Shown in pieces: positions 9,723 to 19,141 of a DNA stretch of 64,000 nt (its first letter is position 1; each line of letters starts with the position of its first letter). Under the pieces are notes generated by a model that made no database searches, was not told the origin of the DNA, and saw only the letters and a program-made list of their open reading frames with translations. A program made the position numbers and the translations under genes. Source of the stretch: Leptonemataceae bacterium (GTDB taxonomy: Bacteria > Spirochaetota > Leptospiria > Leptospirales > Leptonemataceae); assembly GCA_965227295.1 (NCBI GenBank), contig OZ245742.1:5824001-5888000 (forward strand), given 5' to 3'.

Positions 9723-11662
9723 ACGGGGATATTCGCAATCCCTTCCCCGGCCTGCGGCCGTTCCAGCCGCACGAAAATCATCTCTTCTTCGGTCGCGAAG
9801 ATCAGATCGACGAACTGATTTCGATTCTCCGTCGTCGGCACTTCCTGGCCGTCGTGGGTACCTCGGGCAGCGGCAAGTCTTCTCTGGTGCGCGCGGGTTT
9901 GATTCCGGCTTTGCAGAGCGGTTACATGCACGGCGAAAGCGCGAACTGGAAGATCATCCTGCTGCGTCCCGGCGACGGACCGCTGCAAAAACTCGCCCGG
10001 GGCATTAACATGGCCTTCGGCGAACGCGACGAATACTACCCCATGCGCGCTTCATTGATCGAAACCACATTGCGGCGCAGCGATCTGGGGCTGCGCGAAG
10101 CATTGCGCCAGGCACGGCCGCCGGAGAACACGAACGTGCTCATTCTCGTCGACCAATTCGAGGAGCTGTTTCGGTTTCATGAAGCGGCCAGGCATCGCAA
10201 CGCCGGCTCGGACGAGGCCTCGGCTTTCGTACGTTTGCTGTTAAAAAGCAGTGTCGAGAACCAGGATGGTTCCGTATACGTTTGCCTGACCATGCGCTCG
10301 GACTTCCTGGGCGACTGTTCGTTGTTCTCCGGACTGCCGGAGGCTCTCAACTCCGCTCAATATTTGATTCCTCGGTTGAGTCGTAATCAAAAACGCCGGG
10401 CCATCGCCGGCCCCATGGCCGTCAGCGGGGCGCGCATGAGCGCCCGCCTGTTGCGCCGACTCTTAAACGATATCGGCGACGACCAGGACCAGTTGCCGAT
10501 CTTACAACACGCGTTGATGCGCATCTTCGATCGCTGGCGCTCGACCCTTTTGTACGGGAGACGCAAAGGGGACGGCCCCGTTCCCTTCGAACAAATGCGC
10601 GAGATTGACCTGGAAGATTACGAGGCGGTGGGCGGATTTCAGGAAGCCCTTTCGCGTCACGCGGAGGAGTTGCTGGGAGTCATCGCCAGACGTCACAGCG
10701 ATGCCGGCATTGCGGTCGCCGAGGCCTTGTTCCGTCGGCTCACGGAAATGGGACCGGACAATCGCGGCGTGCGCCGCCCGGCGCGCTTCGAAGAGATCCC
10801 CGCCGTCGCCCACGCGCCGCGGGAGGTCGTCGAGGACATCGTCAACATCTACCGCCACCCCTCCTGTTCATTCATTATGCCGCCGCCCGGAACGCCCTTG
10901 AGCGACAACGTGGTAATTGATATTTCCCATGAAAGTTTGATGCGGGTGTGGAGTCGGTTAACGACCTGGGTCGCAGCCGAGGGGCGTTCGGCGCGCATCT
11001 ATCGACGCCTGGCCGAGACGGCCGGCATGCACGCCCGGGGGGAGGCGGCGCTCTACACGGGCGAGGACCTGAACGTTGCCCTGGAATGGCGGGAAAACGA
11101 ACGACCCGGTCCGGTGTGGGCCGAACGTTACGGCGGAGACTTCGAATACACCATGCAGTTCCTGGAGACGAGCCGGCGCAGTCGCGACCAGGAACAGGCG
11201 GAACGCAAGGCCAGGGAACTCGCCCTCCAGGAAGCCCGGGCCCTGGGCGAACAGAGTCTCGTTCTGCGCAACATCATCTCTACGATTCCGCACTATATCT
11301 TCTGGAAAAACCAGGACCTGATCTACCAGGGTTGCAATGAAAGTTTTGCACGCGCCGCCGGCCTGGAGGACGCTGCTCAAATCGTCGGCCGTTCCGATCT
11401 GGAGTTGTGGCCCGCGGAAGAGGCCGAGAAATATCGTGCGGACGATCGGCGCGTAATGGAGCTGGGCGAGCCGGAGTATCTCGAAGAGGCCCAGACCCAG
11501 GCGAACGGCGAGACCATCTGGGTGGCCACGAACAAGGTTCCTCTGCGTAACTCTCAGGACCAGGTGATCGGAATCCTCGGTACCTTTATGGATATTACGC
11601 ACATCAAACGCCTGGAGCTCCAGCTGGAACGTATGAGCGGTAAAACGGTGGAGGAGACATGA
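9719..11662 (+). CDS. nSTAND1-type P-loop NTPase with C-terminal PAS/PAC domain
   Basis: NPFPGLRPF..FFGRE, Walker A GTSGSGKSS, Walker B LILVDQFEELF, MRSDF, LPILQHAL, DISHESL; C-terminal IPHYIFWKN..YQGCNESFA..KVPLRN..GILGTFMDIT; ATGA overlap with TIR gene. Confidence 0.88.
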   Translation: MNGDIRNPFPGLRPFQPHENHLFFGREDQIDELISILRRRHFLAVVGTSGSGKSSLVRAGLIPALQSGYMHGESANWKIILLRPGDGPLQKLARGINMAFGERDEYYPMRASLIETTLRRSDLGLREALRQARPPENTNVLILVDQFEELFRFHEAARHRNAGSDEASAFVRLLLKSSVENQDGSVYVCLTMRSDFLGDCSLFSGLPEALNSAQYLIPRLSRNQKRRAIAGPMAVSGARMSARLLRRLLNDIGDDQDQLPILQHALMRIFDRWRSTLLYGRRKGDGPVPFEQMREIDLEDYEAVGGFQEALSRHAEELLGVIARRHSDAGIAVAEALFRRLTEMGPDNRGVRRPARFEEIPAVAHAPREVVEDIVNIYRHPSCSFIMPPPGTPLSDNVVIDISHESLMRVWSRLTTWVAAEGRSARIYRRLAETAGMHARGEAALYTGEDLNVALEWRENERPGPVWAERYGGDFEYTMQFLETSRRSRDQEQAERKARELALQEARALGEQSLVLRNIISTIPHYIFWKNQDLIYQGCNESFARAAGLEDAAQIVGRSDLELWPAEEAEKYRADDRRVMELGEPEYLEEAQTQANGETIWVATNKVPLRNSQDQVIGILGTFMDITHIKRLELQLERMSGKTVEET

Positions 11663-12000
11663 ATCAAAAGATCTTTATTTTAACAAGCGCCGCCGCCTAC
11701 GAACAAGCACGCGCGCTCGGACAGTACGCAATTCCCGATCCCACCGAGGGATTCATTCACGCCTCCCCGGCGGATCAGTTGAACCGGGTGGCCAACAAGT
11801 ACTACACGGGGGTTGAAGACCTGCTGCTGCTCATCGTGGACCCGCAGCGCGTCCACGCGGAAATCAAATGGGAACCGGCCACCGGGGGACTCTATCCGCA
11901 CATCTACGGCGATCTGAACCTCGACGCCGTAACCAAAATCGTACCAATTCAAAAAGCAGCCGACGGAACGATCGTCATTCAGCCGGAGACTCTGGAATAA
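11659..12000 (+). CDS. DUF952 domain protein
   Basis: EGFIHAS..VANKYY..LLLLIVD..IKWE..YPHIYGDLNLDAV; ATGA overlap with upstream gene. Confidence 0.9.
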   Translation: MNQKIFILTSAAAYEQARALGQYAIPDPTEGFIHASPADQLNRVANKYYTGVEDLLLLIVDPQRVHAEIKWEPATGGLYPHIYGDLNLDAVTKIVPIQKAADGTIVIQPETLE

Positions 12001-12025
12001 GCCGGAACGCGCCGCGGGGGAAGCC

Positions 12026-12319
12026 ATGGGATTCAAAGTTGAGTTTAATAACATCTTACGAACGGATGTTTTCAGATCGAAGGACTTGAACCAGGGAGAG
12101 CGCTACGGCTTCAGCAAGGCCGGGGACCGTATCTTTATGGACACGCTTCCCATCTGGCTGAGCCGTAGCGACTGGACCGCGATCGCGGAAATCCGCATTG
12201 TTACGCAGACCAGACAGGGCCGACGCGTACACGGCGAATTCGAAGTACTGCACGTCTACAACACGGCGGAGCGACGCGCCATTACAAGAATGTTTCGCCG
12301 CATGTTCGGCCGGGCGTAG
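12026..12319 (+). CDS. small hypothetical protein (DUF2584-like)
   Basis: MGFKVEFNNIL..K.G.RIF..PI.L..W.A.A pattern recalled from the DUF2584 family. Confidence 0.55.
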   Translation: MGFKVEFNNILRTDVFRSKDLNQGERYGFSKAGDRIFMDTLPIWLSRSDWTAIAEIRIVTQTRQGRRVHGEFEVLHVYNTAERRAITRMFRRMFGRA

Positions 12320-12322
12320 TCG

Positions 12323-14215
12323 TCAATCCAGCTCACGTCCCTTCGCCAGGTTATCGACGATCCAGGTACCCACGCGCAGCGCGTTGGCCATCACACTGAC
12401 CATGGGATTTACTCCCAGGCCCGTGGGCATAAAACTGGAATCCACGATGAACACGTTCCGGACCTCGTGCATGCGGCAATTGCGGTCCACCACCGACGTC
12501 AGCGGATCGTCTCCCATGCGACAGGTTCCCATCTGGTGATCGCCGATCAACGTGAGATCCGCGCTGTCGGGGACACGCAGTTCAATGCCGAGATCCTGAT
12601 AACGCGAGAAGATATCCTCCAGCCTGGAACGCAACAGCCGAAAGATCAGCCGCTCGTGTTCGCCGAAGCGCCGGGTAATGCGCGCCACCGGCAGCCCGAA
12701 TTCGTCGACATAGGTCGGATCCAGGGTCACGCGGTTGTCCGCCATGGGCAGATCGTCTCCCGTGGCCCGGAGTTCCAGGCTGCGGGCGTAACGATCCATC
12801 TCGCGCAGGAGATCCAGGCCGATCTTCGCGCCGGTACCGCTTACGAGTTCGTAAGCGTGAAAGAGCGGATCTTTGCGTTGCGTGCCCGTTAAGATTCCGC
12901 TCTTCCACCAGCGTTCGTCTTCATCTTTCAGAAAGTAGTGATCGTAAATAGCCGCCGATCCGGTGTTACCGATTTGTGAATGCAACATGCCCTGGTATTT
13001 TTCCGGCAGCACGCAACGAGCGGTCATACCGAAGAGATGAAACATGGCATAACGACCGATGTTGCCGTAACGATTGCCCAGGCCTTCCGGCGGACCTGAT
13101 AACAGCAACAAACGAGAAGTTTGTACCGCACCGCACGAAAGTATGACGAAACGCGCTCGTTCGATGCGGATCACGGGATTGTCCGGGTCCGTGAGATCGA
13201 GATACTTCACTCCGGTGGCCCGCCGCAGTCGATCGTCGTACATCACTTCGATGACTTTCGCCCCCGTTCGTACCTCGGCGAACTCCGGCAAATCGTTCAA
13301 CTCCCGAATCGTCGTGGAAAAGGTCCCGCTCTTGGGCGGCCGACTTCCCCAGCATACGTACTCGCCGCAGTAGCCGCAGAGGTTACAGGGATCCCGCCGA
13401 CGCTCCGACCACAACTCTTCCGCCGGACGCCGCCAGAAACTACCGCTTCGATCCCGCCACGACGCCTGCGCACGCGCAATCTGCTCGCGCGTATCGTACT
13501 CCGGTCCCCCGGGATGTACCAGGGCCGTCGGAAGACACACGGGATTGAGTCCGGCATGCCTCGCGCCCTGGTGAACGAAACGACCCACCGGGGTCAGAGG
13601 ATAGTCGGGGGCGGGATAGGGAAAGTCTGCGGCCCAGGCGCCGTATTCCGCAAAGTTCGGATTAATGGAACTCAGCGCTTTATACCATTCGCTTTCCACC
13701 AGCGCGCGGTTCATCGCGTCGCGATCACCGCAAACCGCCAGCAAAACCTCCGCAATGTTGAAGTACGGTTCGAATTCCGAGTACGAGACCGGCCAGTCGG
13801 GGATCGAATAGCCCCAACGTTCCAGTTCCTCCAGTTGCCCCGTACGTTGAAAGTGATCCCGCAAACGCAGGTCCACGGGCAACGGTCGCACGGCCCATCC
13901 GCCCCAGAGCATGGAGCCGCCTCCGAGCGCCGTGCCGGTATAACCCCCGGAAAACGGACGCGCGTCGACCTTTTCGGAAGGCCGAAACGTACAGTAATCT
14001 CCCCTCAGTCGACGTTTAGGGTCGGGACGTTCCAGACGAAATCGAAACTCGTCGTGCATGGTCGGATCGAAACTCCGGTCCGATTCGTGGATGGGGCGCG
14101 TCCAGTCCGCGCCCTGTTCTAATAGCAACGTTTTGTATCCGGCCCTGGCGAGCATCCAGGCGATCGTTCCGCCTCCGCCACCGCTGCCTACGACGATAAA
14201 ATCCAGATCAGCCAT
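12323..14215 (-). CDS. GMC family flavoprotein oxidoreductase
   Basis: VVGSGGGGG FAD motif, GGGSMLWG, CNLCGYCGEYVC cluster, HQMGTCRMGDDP..SVVD..NP. Confidence 0.92.
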   Translation of the reverse strand: MADLDFIVVGSGGGGGTIAWMLARAGYKTLLLEQGADWTRPIHESDRSFDPTMHDEFRFRLERPDPKRRLRGDYCTFRPSEKVDARPFSGGYTGTALGGGSMLWGGWAVRPLPVDLRLRDHFQRTGQLEELERWGYSIPDWPVSYSEFEPYFNIAEVLLAVCGDRDAMNRALVESEWYKALSSINPNFAEYGAWAADFPYPAPDYPLTPVGRFVHQGARHAGLNPVCLPTALVHPGGPEYDTREQIARAQASWRDRSGSFWRRPAEELWSERRRDPCNLCGYCGEYVCWGSRPPKSGTFSTTIRELNDLPEFAEVRTGAKVIEVMYDDRLRRATGVKYLDLTDPDNPVIRIERARFVILSCGAVQTSRLLLLSGPPEGLGNRYGNIGRYAMFHLFGMTARCVLPEKYQGMLHSQIGNTGSAAIYDHYFLKDEDERWWKSGILTGTQRKDPLFHAYELVSGTGAKIGLDLLREMDRYARSLELRATGDDLPMADNRVTLDPTYVDEFGLPVARITRRFGEHERLIFRLLRSRLEDIFSRYQDLGIELRVPDSADLTLIGDHQMGTCRMGDDPLTSVVDRNCRMHEVRNVFIVDSSFMPTGLGVNPMVSVMANALRVGTWIVDNLAKGRELD

Positions 14216-14942
14216 GATTCAAATCCTCCTCGATCGTTTTCATGAATCGATCGCATACCTCAGCCGCGAACTCCGGGGTGTAAGTATTTCCCGGGCGACG
14301 GTGTTGGCCTAACTCAATCAGCAGAGCTTCTCGAAAGGGCTGCTGCGCAGGGTTACGTCCACCCAGGGCGGAGTACAAAAGATCCGCACAATAGCGTTTC
14401 AGAAATTCCTTCGAAGTAAAATGCGTGCCCGGCCAATTCGGATTGCGATCTTCGAATAACGAAGCGGCGTAGCACTTCCAGTCGTCCGCGCTTTCCGGGG
14501 CATTCAATTCCGTGCAGTACATGAAGTCCGGCAGCGTCTTCTCGTAAAAGTCGATGCGCGAGATTTGTCGCGGACCGCTCTTCAGTACGTTGTAAGCACG
14601 TTCCGGATCGAAGGCGGGTCGATTGTACAATCCCCGGTCCGCGCGCCAGGCCCGGGCGGCTTCACTTCCGTCGGGATGACGCACCAACGGATCGTAACGA
14701 TGCTCGCGCCAGAGATACAACAAATCCTTACCGCCGGACGTTTCCCGCATTAGACCCTTGAAAAATAGTAACGCGCCGGTATGCGCAATGCGCAGAGTTT
14801 CCCCCGACTCCCGCCAGGGTGGTGAAGGTTCCGGCACCAGGAACTTTTGCTCGATCCAGTCCTCCAGTGGAAGGAGCGCGTCGGCAAGGGCCTCCAGGTT
14901 CGTCATCATATCATGATTCAGCAATTTCCCGATATAAGCCAT
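14208..14942 (-). CDS. hypothetical protein, translationally coupled upstream of GMC oxidoreductase
   Basis: 8-bp overlap with GMC start; no recognised motif. Confidence 0.7.
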   Translation of the reverse strand: MAYIGKLLNHDMMTNLEALADALLPLEDWIEQKFLVPEPSPPWRESGETLRIAHTGALLFFKGLMRETSGGKDLLYLWREHRYDPLVRHPDGSEAARAWRADRGLYNRPAFDPERAYNVLKSGPRQISRIDFYEKTLPDFMYCTELNAPESADDWKCYAASLFEDRNPNWPGTHFTSKEFLKRYCADLLYSALGGRNPAQQPFREALLIELGQHRRPGNTYTPEFAAEVCDRFMKTIEEDLNHG

Positions 14943-15119
14943 GGCCCGCTCTATGCCGAGCGCTATATTTACGCAATCTAAACTTAATAAAAGTTACAGT
15001 TACCGATTGATTTACGATCGATGCAGCATATGCAAGAAAATCGAATATTTTGCGCCCACATCGAAGGCGTACTAAAAGGAGACATGACAACCGCCGCACC
15101 GCATAGTAAGGCAATGAGC

Positions 15120-16121
15120 ATGAAAGCAATCATCATCGAAAAACGCGGCGGGCCCGAGGTTCTCCAGATCCAGGAAGTGCCGGACCCGGTACTGGTACCC
15201 GGTCACGTAATCATCAAGGTCCTGGCGTCGGGACTGAATCCCATCGATGCAAAAGTCCGGGCCCTGGACCTGCCGTTCGCGCCGAAGACGCCGGCCATTC
15301 CACATTGCGATGCCGCCGGCGTGATAAGCGCCGTAGCTGAAGATGTGCGTCACTTAAGAATCGGAGACGAGGTATACTGCTGCGCCGGCGGCATCGCGGG
15401 TACGCCGGGGGGCGCGCTCGCGGAATACATGCTCGCGGACGCGAACCTGGTCGCGCGAAAACCGAAGCGACTGAGTTTTCAGGAAGCGGCCGCCGTACCC
15501 CTGGTGGGACTCACGGCCTGGGAGGCCCTCGTCTGGAAGGCGGGGATTCGCCCCGGGGACAACGTATTGATTCACGGGGGTACCGGCGGCGTCGGCCACT
15601 TCGCCGTGCAACTCGCGCGCGCCGCGGGGGCCCGGGTTACCGCAACGGTATCGTCCGCAAAAAAAGCACGCGTGGCGAAGCAGCTCGGCGCAACGACCGC
15701 GGTAAATCGTACGAAGATGCCGCCGGAACAGTATGTCCGCGAACTTACGGACGGCCGGGGCTTCGACGTCGTCTTCGATACGGCCGGCGGAGACAATCTT
15801 GAGCGTTGCATCGAAGCGACACGACCGAACGGAACCATCGTAAGCGTCGCGGCCCGGGAGGAACATAACCTTCTTCCAATGTATGTTAAGGGCCTGAGTC
15901 TGATGAACGTACTCATGCTGGTTCCCATGCTGACCGGTGTCGGTCGGGACCGTCACGGCGCGATCCTGGGAAAGCTCGCGGCATTGATCGACGCCGGACA
16001 CCTGAAGCCGCTCTTACATAAGAAGACATTCACGTTCGCCACGGCGGCGAAGGCCCACGCCCTGCTGGAAAGCGGACGCCATACCGGCAAGATCGTACTG
16101 CAAGGCTTTCATAAGAGTTAG
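15120..16121 (+). CDS. MDR-family NADPH:quinone oxidoreductase (zinc-type alcohol dehydrogenase-like)
   Basis: MKAII..GGPEVL, LNPID, VLIHGGTGGVGHFAVQLA, GKIVL. Confidence 0.92.
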   Translation: MKAIIIEKRGGPEVLQIQEVPDPVLVPGHVIIKVLASGLNPIDAKVRALDLPFAPKTPAIPHCDAAGVISAVAEDVRHLRIGDEVYCCAGGIAGTPGGALAEYMLADANLVARKPKRLSFQEAAAVPLVGLTAWEALVWKAGIRPGDNVLIHGGTGGVGHFAVQLARAAGARVTATVSSAKKARVAKQLGATTAVNRTKMPPEQYVRELTDGRGFDVVFDTAGGDNLERCIEATRPNGTIVSVAAREEHNLLPMYVKGLSLMNVLMLVPMLTGVGRDRHGAILGKLAALIDAGHLKPLLHKKTFTFATAAKAHALLESGRHTGKIVLQGFHKS

Positions 16122-16267
16122 CCGCGGATACGCGGGGGTTCGGATTGCCCGCCGCGGAGGGGTGCTCGAGCCATCGTACTGTACTTCGGCGTCGGTAGCC
16201 TGCGCGGGTCGATTCGGCGTTCATCTTGACACACAGCGCGGGCGCGGGGCTTTTAACGCATCTCGCC

Positions 16268-17542
16268 ATGAATGTATCCCGCTCCGGCCCGGCCGTCCTC
16301 GCCTTCGTTCTACTCATCCTCCTGCCGAACCAACCATCGCTGTTCGCGCAGAGTCTTCCGACCATGCCGGCGCCCGAACCGCCGGCCGTGCTGGCCCCCG
16401 CCGCGGACCGCAACTTTCGCGTGGACGTACTCACCGTGGATCCCGGCGACGAGGCATACTCCGCCTGGGGCCACACCGCGTTGCGCATCTACGACCGCAA
16501 TTCGGGGCAGGACGTCGTTTTCGATTACGGCATGTTCGATTTCTCGGACGACTTCTTTGTGCGATTTTTGCGCAACCAGCCGGCCTATCTGCTCTGGGTC
16601 AGTTCTCTCGATCGAACGCTACGATTGTATCGCCGGCTGAACCGACGCATCTATGCGCAGCAGATTCATCTCAGCGACGAGGAAGCGCAGCGCATCTTTC
16701 GCCGCCTCGTCTTCGAGGCGCAGCCGCAAAACCGCGTCTATCTCTATCATCACTACCGCAACAACTGCACCACGAAAATCCGCGACCTCTTCGATGAAGA
16801 GCTGTGGAACAACGACCTCAAGCGCACGTACGGCGACGCGTACAACGGCAAATCCTGGCGCAGCATGGCCAACGCCATGCTCGTAGACAACCCGCCGTAC
16901 TGGATGGCCGTAACTTTAATTCAGGGATCCTTTGTGGATACACGCGTGTCGAAGTACCAGGAAATGTACCTGCCCCTGGACTTCATGCGCATCCTGGACG
17001 ACTATCGCGAGCGACACCCGGAACGACTGGGTCCCATCGTGGAGGTCCAGGACGAACGCATCCCCCGCGCCGAACCGCCCACGACCTATCGCTGGACAAT
17101 GTTGTTTTTAGTCTGGGGCGTGTTGATTCTGTTCTGTTACGGATTGCCGGCCTGGTTCGCGCAGCGCCGCCCGTTTCGCATTGCCGGGGCCGTCTTTCGT
17201 TATCTGTGGTACATCGGCGCGGGCATTACCGGTACGTTGCTCTTGCTGCTCTGGCTTTTTACGAACCACGACTCCCTCGATAACAACCTGAACGTCCTGG
17301 CATTTTTTCCGTTGCTGTTGTTCATGCCGCCGTTCCTGCTCGTGCTGCGCTACATCATGCCGGACGTCGAGGCGAGGCACGCATTGCATCTGAAACTACA
17401 CCTCGGCCTGGCCGCCGTGCCGGCCCTGGGCATTCTGCTTGCCATCACGACCATCAGCCCGCAGATCACGGCGCTGGTCTATCTCGTGCCGTCATTGATC
17501 ATACAACTGCTCATCTACGCGTATTTCCGACGAGCGAGGTAG
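16268..17542 (+). CDS. DUF4105 (Lnb-like) membrane protein
   Basis: LTVDPG.E.YSAWGHTALR..FDYG.FDF, Y.YHHYRNNCTT, C-terminal TM helices. Confidence 0.85.
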   Translation: MNVSRSGPAVLAFVLLILLPNQPSLFAQSLPTMPAPEPPAVLAPAADRNFRVDVLTVDPGDEAYSAWGHTALRIYDRNSGQDVVFDYGMFDFSDDFFVRFLRNQPAYLLWVSSLDRTLRLYRRLNRRIYAQQIHLSDEEAQRIFRRLVFEAQPQNRVYLYHHYRNNCTTKIRDLFDEELWNNDLKRTYGDAYNGKSWRSMANAMLVDNPPYWMAVTLIQGSFVDTRVSKYQEMYLPLDFMRILDDYRERHPERLGPIVEVQDERIPRAEPPTTYRWTMLFLVWGVLILFCYGLPAWFAQRRPFRIAGAVFRYLWYIGAGITGTLLLLLWLFTNHDSLDNNLNVLAFFPLLLFMPPFLLVLRYIMPDVEARHALHLKLHLGLAAVPALGILLAITTISPQITALVYLVPSLIIQLLIYAYFRRAR

Positions 17543-17554
17543 AAAGATAGACTG

Positions 17555-17664
17555 ACTCCGAGGACCGAGGTGCCGAGTAAAAAGGATTCGAGGATAATCT
17601 TAGCCCGGTCGCAGCCCGCCGAAGCAAGCCTCTTATCTTCCCTCGTACGCTCGGTCCTCGGAGT
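17555..17664. repeat. REP/MITE-like element with ACTCCGAGGACCGAG inverted termini (copy 1)
   Basis: actccgaggaccgag at 17555 and ctcggtcctcggagt ending at 17664. Confidence 0.85.
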
Positions 17665-17678
17665 AAAACACTCCCTCC

Positions 17679-18110
17679 ATGCCCTCCTTCCCGCAACTTG
17701 CCGCCGGCGCTTTCGTCGAACACAACGATCGCGTTCTCCTCATCCAACGCGGGCGGCCGCCGGCGCAGCACGAGTGGGCCCTGCCCGGCGGTAAGGTTCT
17801 CCCCGGCGAAAGTTTAGCCGACGCCGTGGAGCGCGAAGTACTCGAGGAAAGCGGCATCGGCGTGCGTGTTCCGCGCGGCGAAGGCGGCGTCTACAAACCG
17901 GTCTACACGTTCGAGAACATCGTGCGGGATCACGCCGGGGATATCCTCTTTCACTACGTCGTCATTGATCTTGCGGCGGAGTACGTGAGCGGGGAGCCGA
18001 AACCCGGCGACGACGCGGAGGACGCCGGCTGGTTTACGCGCGAAGAGCTGAGCGTTTTGCACCTCAACCACGTTACGGAACGATTCCTGCGCGAGCGCGG
18101 GTGGTTGTAA
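17679..18110 (+). CDS. NUDIX hydrolase
   Basis: WALPGGKVLPGESLADAVEREVLEESG Nudix box; GDDA. Confidence 0.93.
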   Translation: MPSFPQLAAGAFVEHNDRVLLIQRGRPPAQHEWALPGGKVLPGESLADAVEREVLEESGIGVRVPRGEGGVYKPVYTFENIVRDHAGDILFHYVVIDLAAEYVSGEPKPGDDAEDAGWFTREELSVLHLNHVTERFLRERGWL

Positions 18111-18179
18111 GATTGTACGCACATTTTTTTCCGCGACTGTAATGAAACGACTCCCGCTGTTTCGTACTCTTAATGCTGC

Positions 18180-19094
18180 ATGTCGGATCGCACGATCGGA
18201 AGTTTTTTATGTCTGCTCGGTGTCGCCTCGTTTGCGCTATCCGCGCCGTTAACCAAACTTGCCCTGGATAGATACAGCCCCGCGGAGATCGGACTGGGCC
18301 GACTCGTCATCGCCGGCAGCGGCGCTTTCATCTATTTGTTCATCCGCCGTCTCATCCATCCTTCAATGCGCATGCTGCCGCACAAAGATGAATGGATTGC
18401 GTACGGTATTGTCATTGCCGGCGTGATCTTCGGATTTCCACTTCTGTTCAGCTTCGCCATGCAGGAACTCGGCGCGGCCTACGCCTCCGTAGCTCTGGGG
18501 TTGCTGCCGCTATTCACGGCCCTCTACGCCGTGGCCATGGCCGGAGAACGCATGGCCCCGCGCTTCTGGTTCGCCGCGGTCGCGGGCAGCTTCATCGTTG
18601 CCGCACACGGATACGTTACTTCGGAATCCGGCGGCACGCACGGCGCAAGCCCGGGCGGCGTACTGATGTTGTTCGCGGCCGTCGCCATCGGCGCCGGGGG
18701 TTATGCCTGCGGCGGCCGGCTCAGTCGCTCTCAGGGCGGGCGCGGCGCCGACGTCATTTCGCGGGCACTGATCCTGGCCCTGCCGATCGCCCTGCCCTGC
18801 TTCTTAACATTCGCTCGCAATGACTTAGACAGAGTCATCGCGGAAGTGCCGTGGCAAATCAGCTCTGCGTTCCTGTATCTGGGACTCGTGAGCCAGTGGC
18901 TGGGTTTCTTTGCCTGGTACTCCGGTCTCGCCCGCGCCGGCATCGCCTCCGGAGCGCAGACACAGTTGATACAGCCGTTCTTAAGTCTCGGTTTCGTTGC
19001 GTTGATCTTCAGCACGAAGGCCCTGCAGGTCGCGGACGGCCTCGCGGCCGTAGCCGTGGTGCTGTGTATCGTGCTGGGGCGGGGACGCCGTTGA
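18180..19094 (+). CDS. DMT/EamA family transporter
   Basis: About 10 TM segments with internal duplication. Confidence 0.88.
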   Translation: MSDRTIGSFLCLLGVASFALSAPLTKLALDRYSPAEIGLGRLVIAGSGAFIYLFIRRLIHPSMRMLPHKDEWIAYGIVIAGVIFGFPLLFSFAMQELGAAYASVALGLLPLFTALYAVAMAGERMAPRFWFAAVAGSFIVAAHGYVTSESGGTHGASPGGVLMLFAAVAIGAGGYACGGRLSRSQGGRGADVISRALILALPIALPCFLTFARNDLDRVIAEVPWQISSAFLYLGLVSQWLGFFAWYSGLARAGIASGAQTQLIQPFLSLGFVALIFSTKALQVADGLAAVAVVLCIVLGRGRR

Positions 19095-19141
19095 TTCGTC
19101 TCGATGCCACGGCAGCCACCGCCTCACATCCTTCCCGACAC

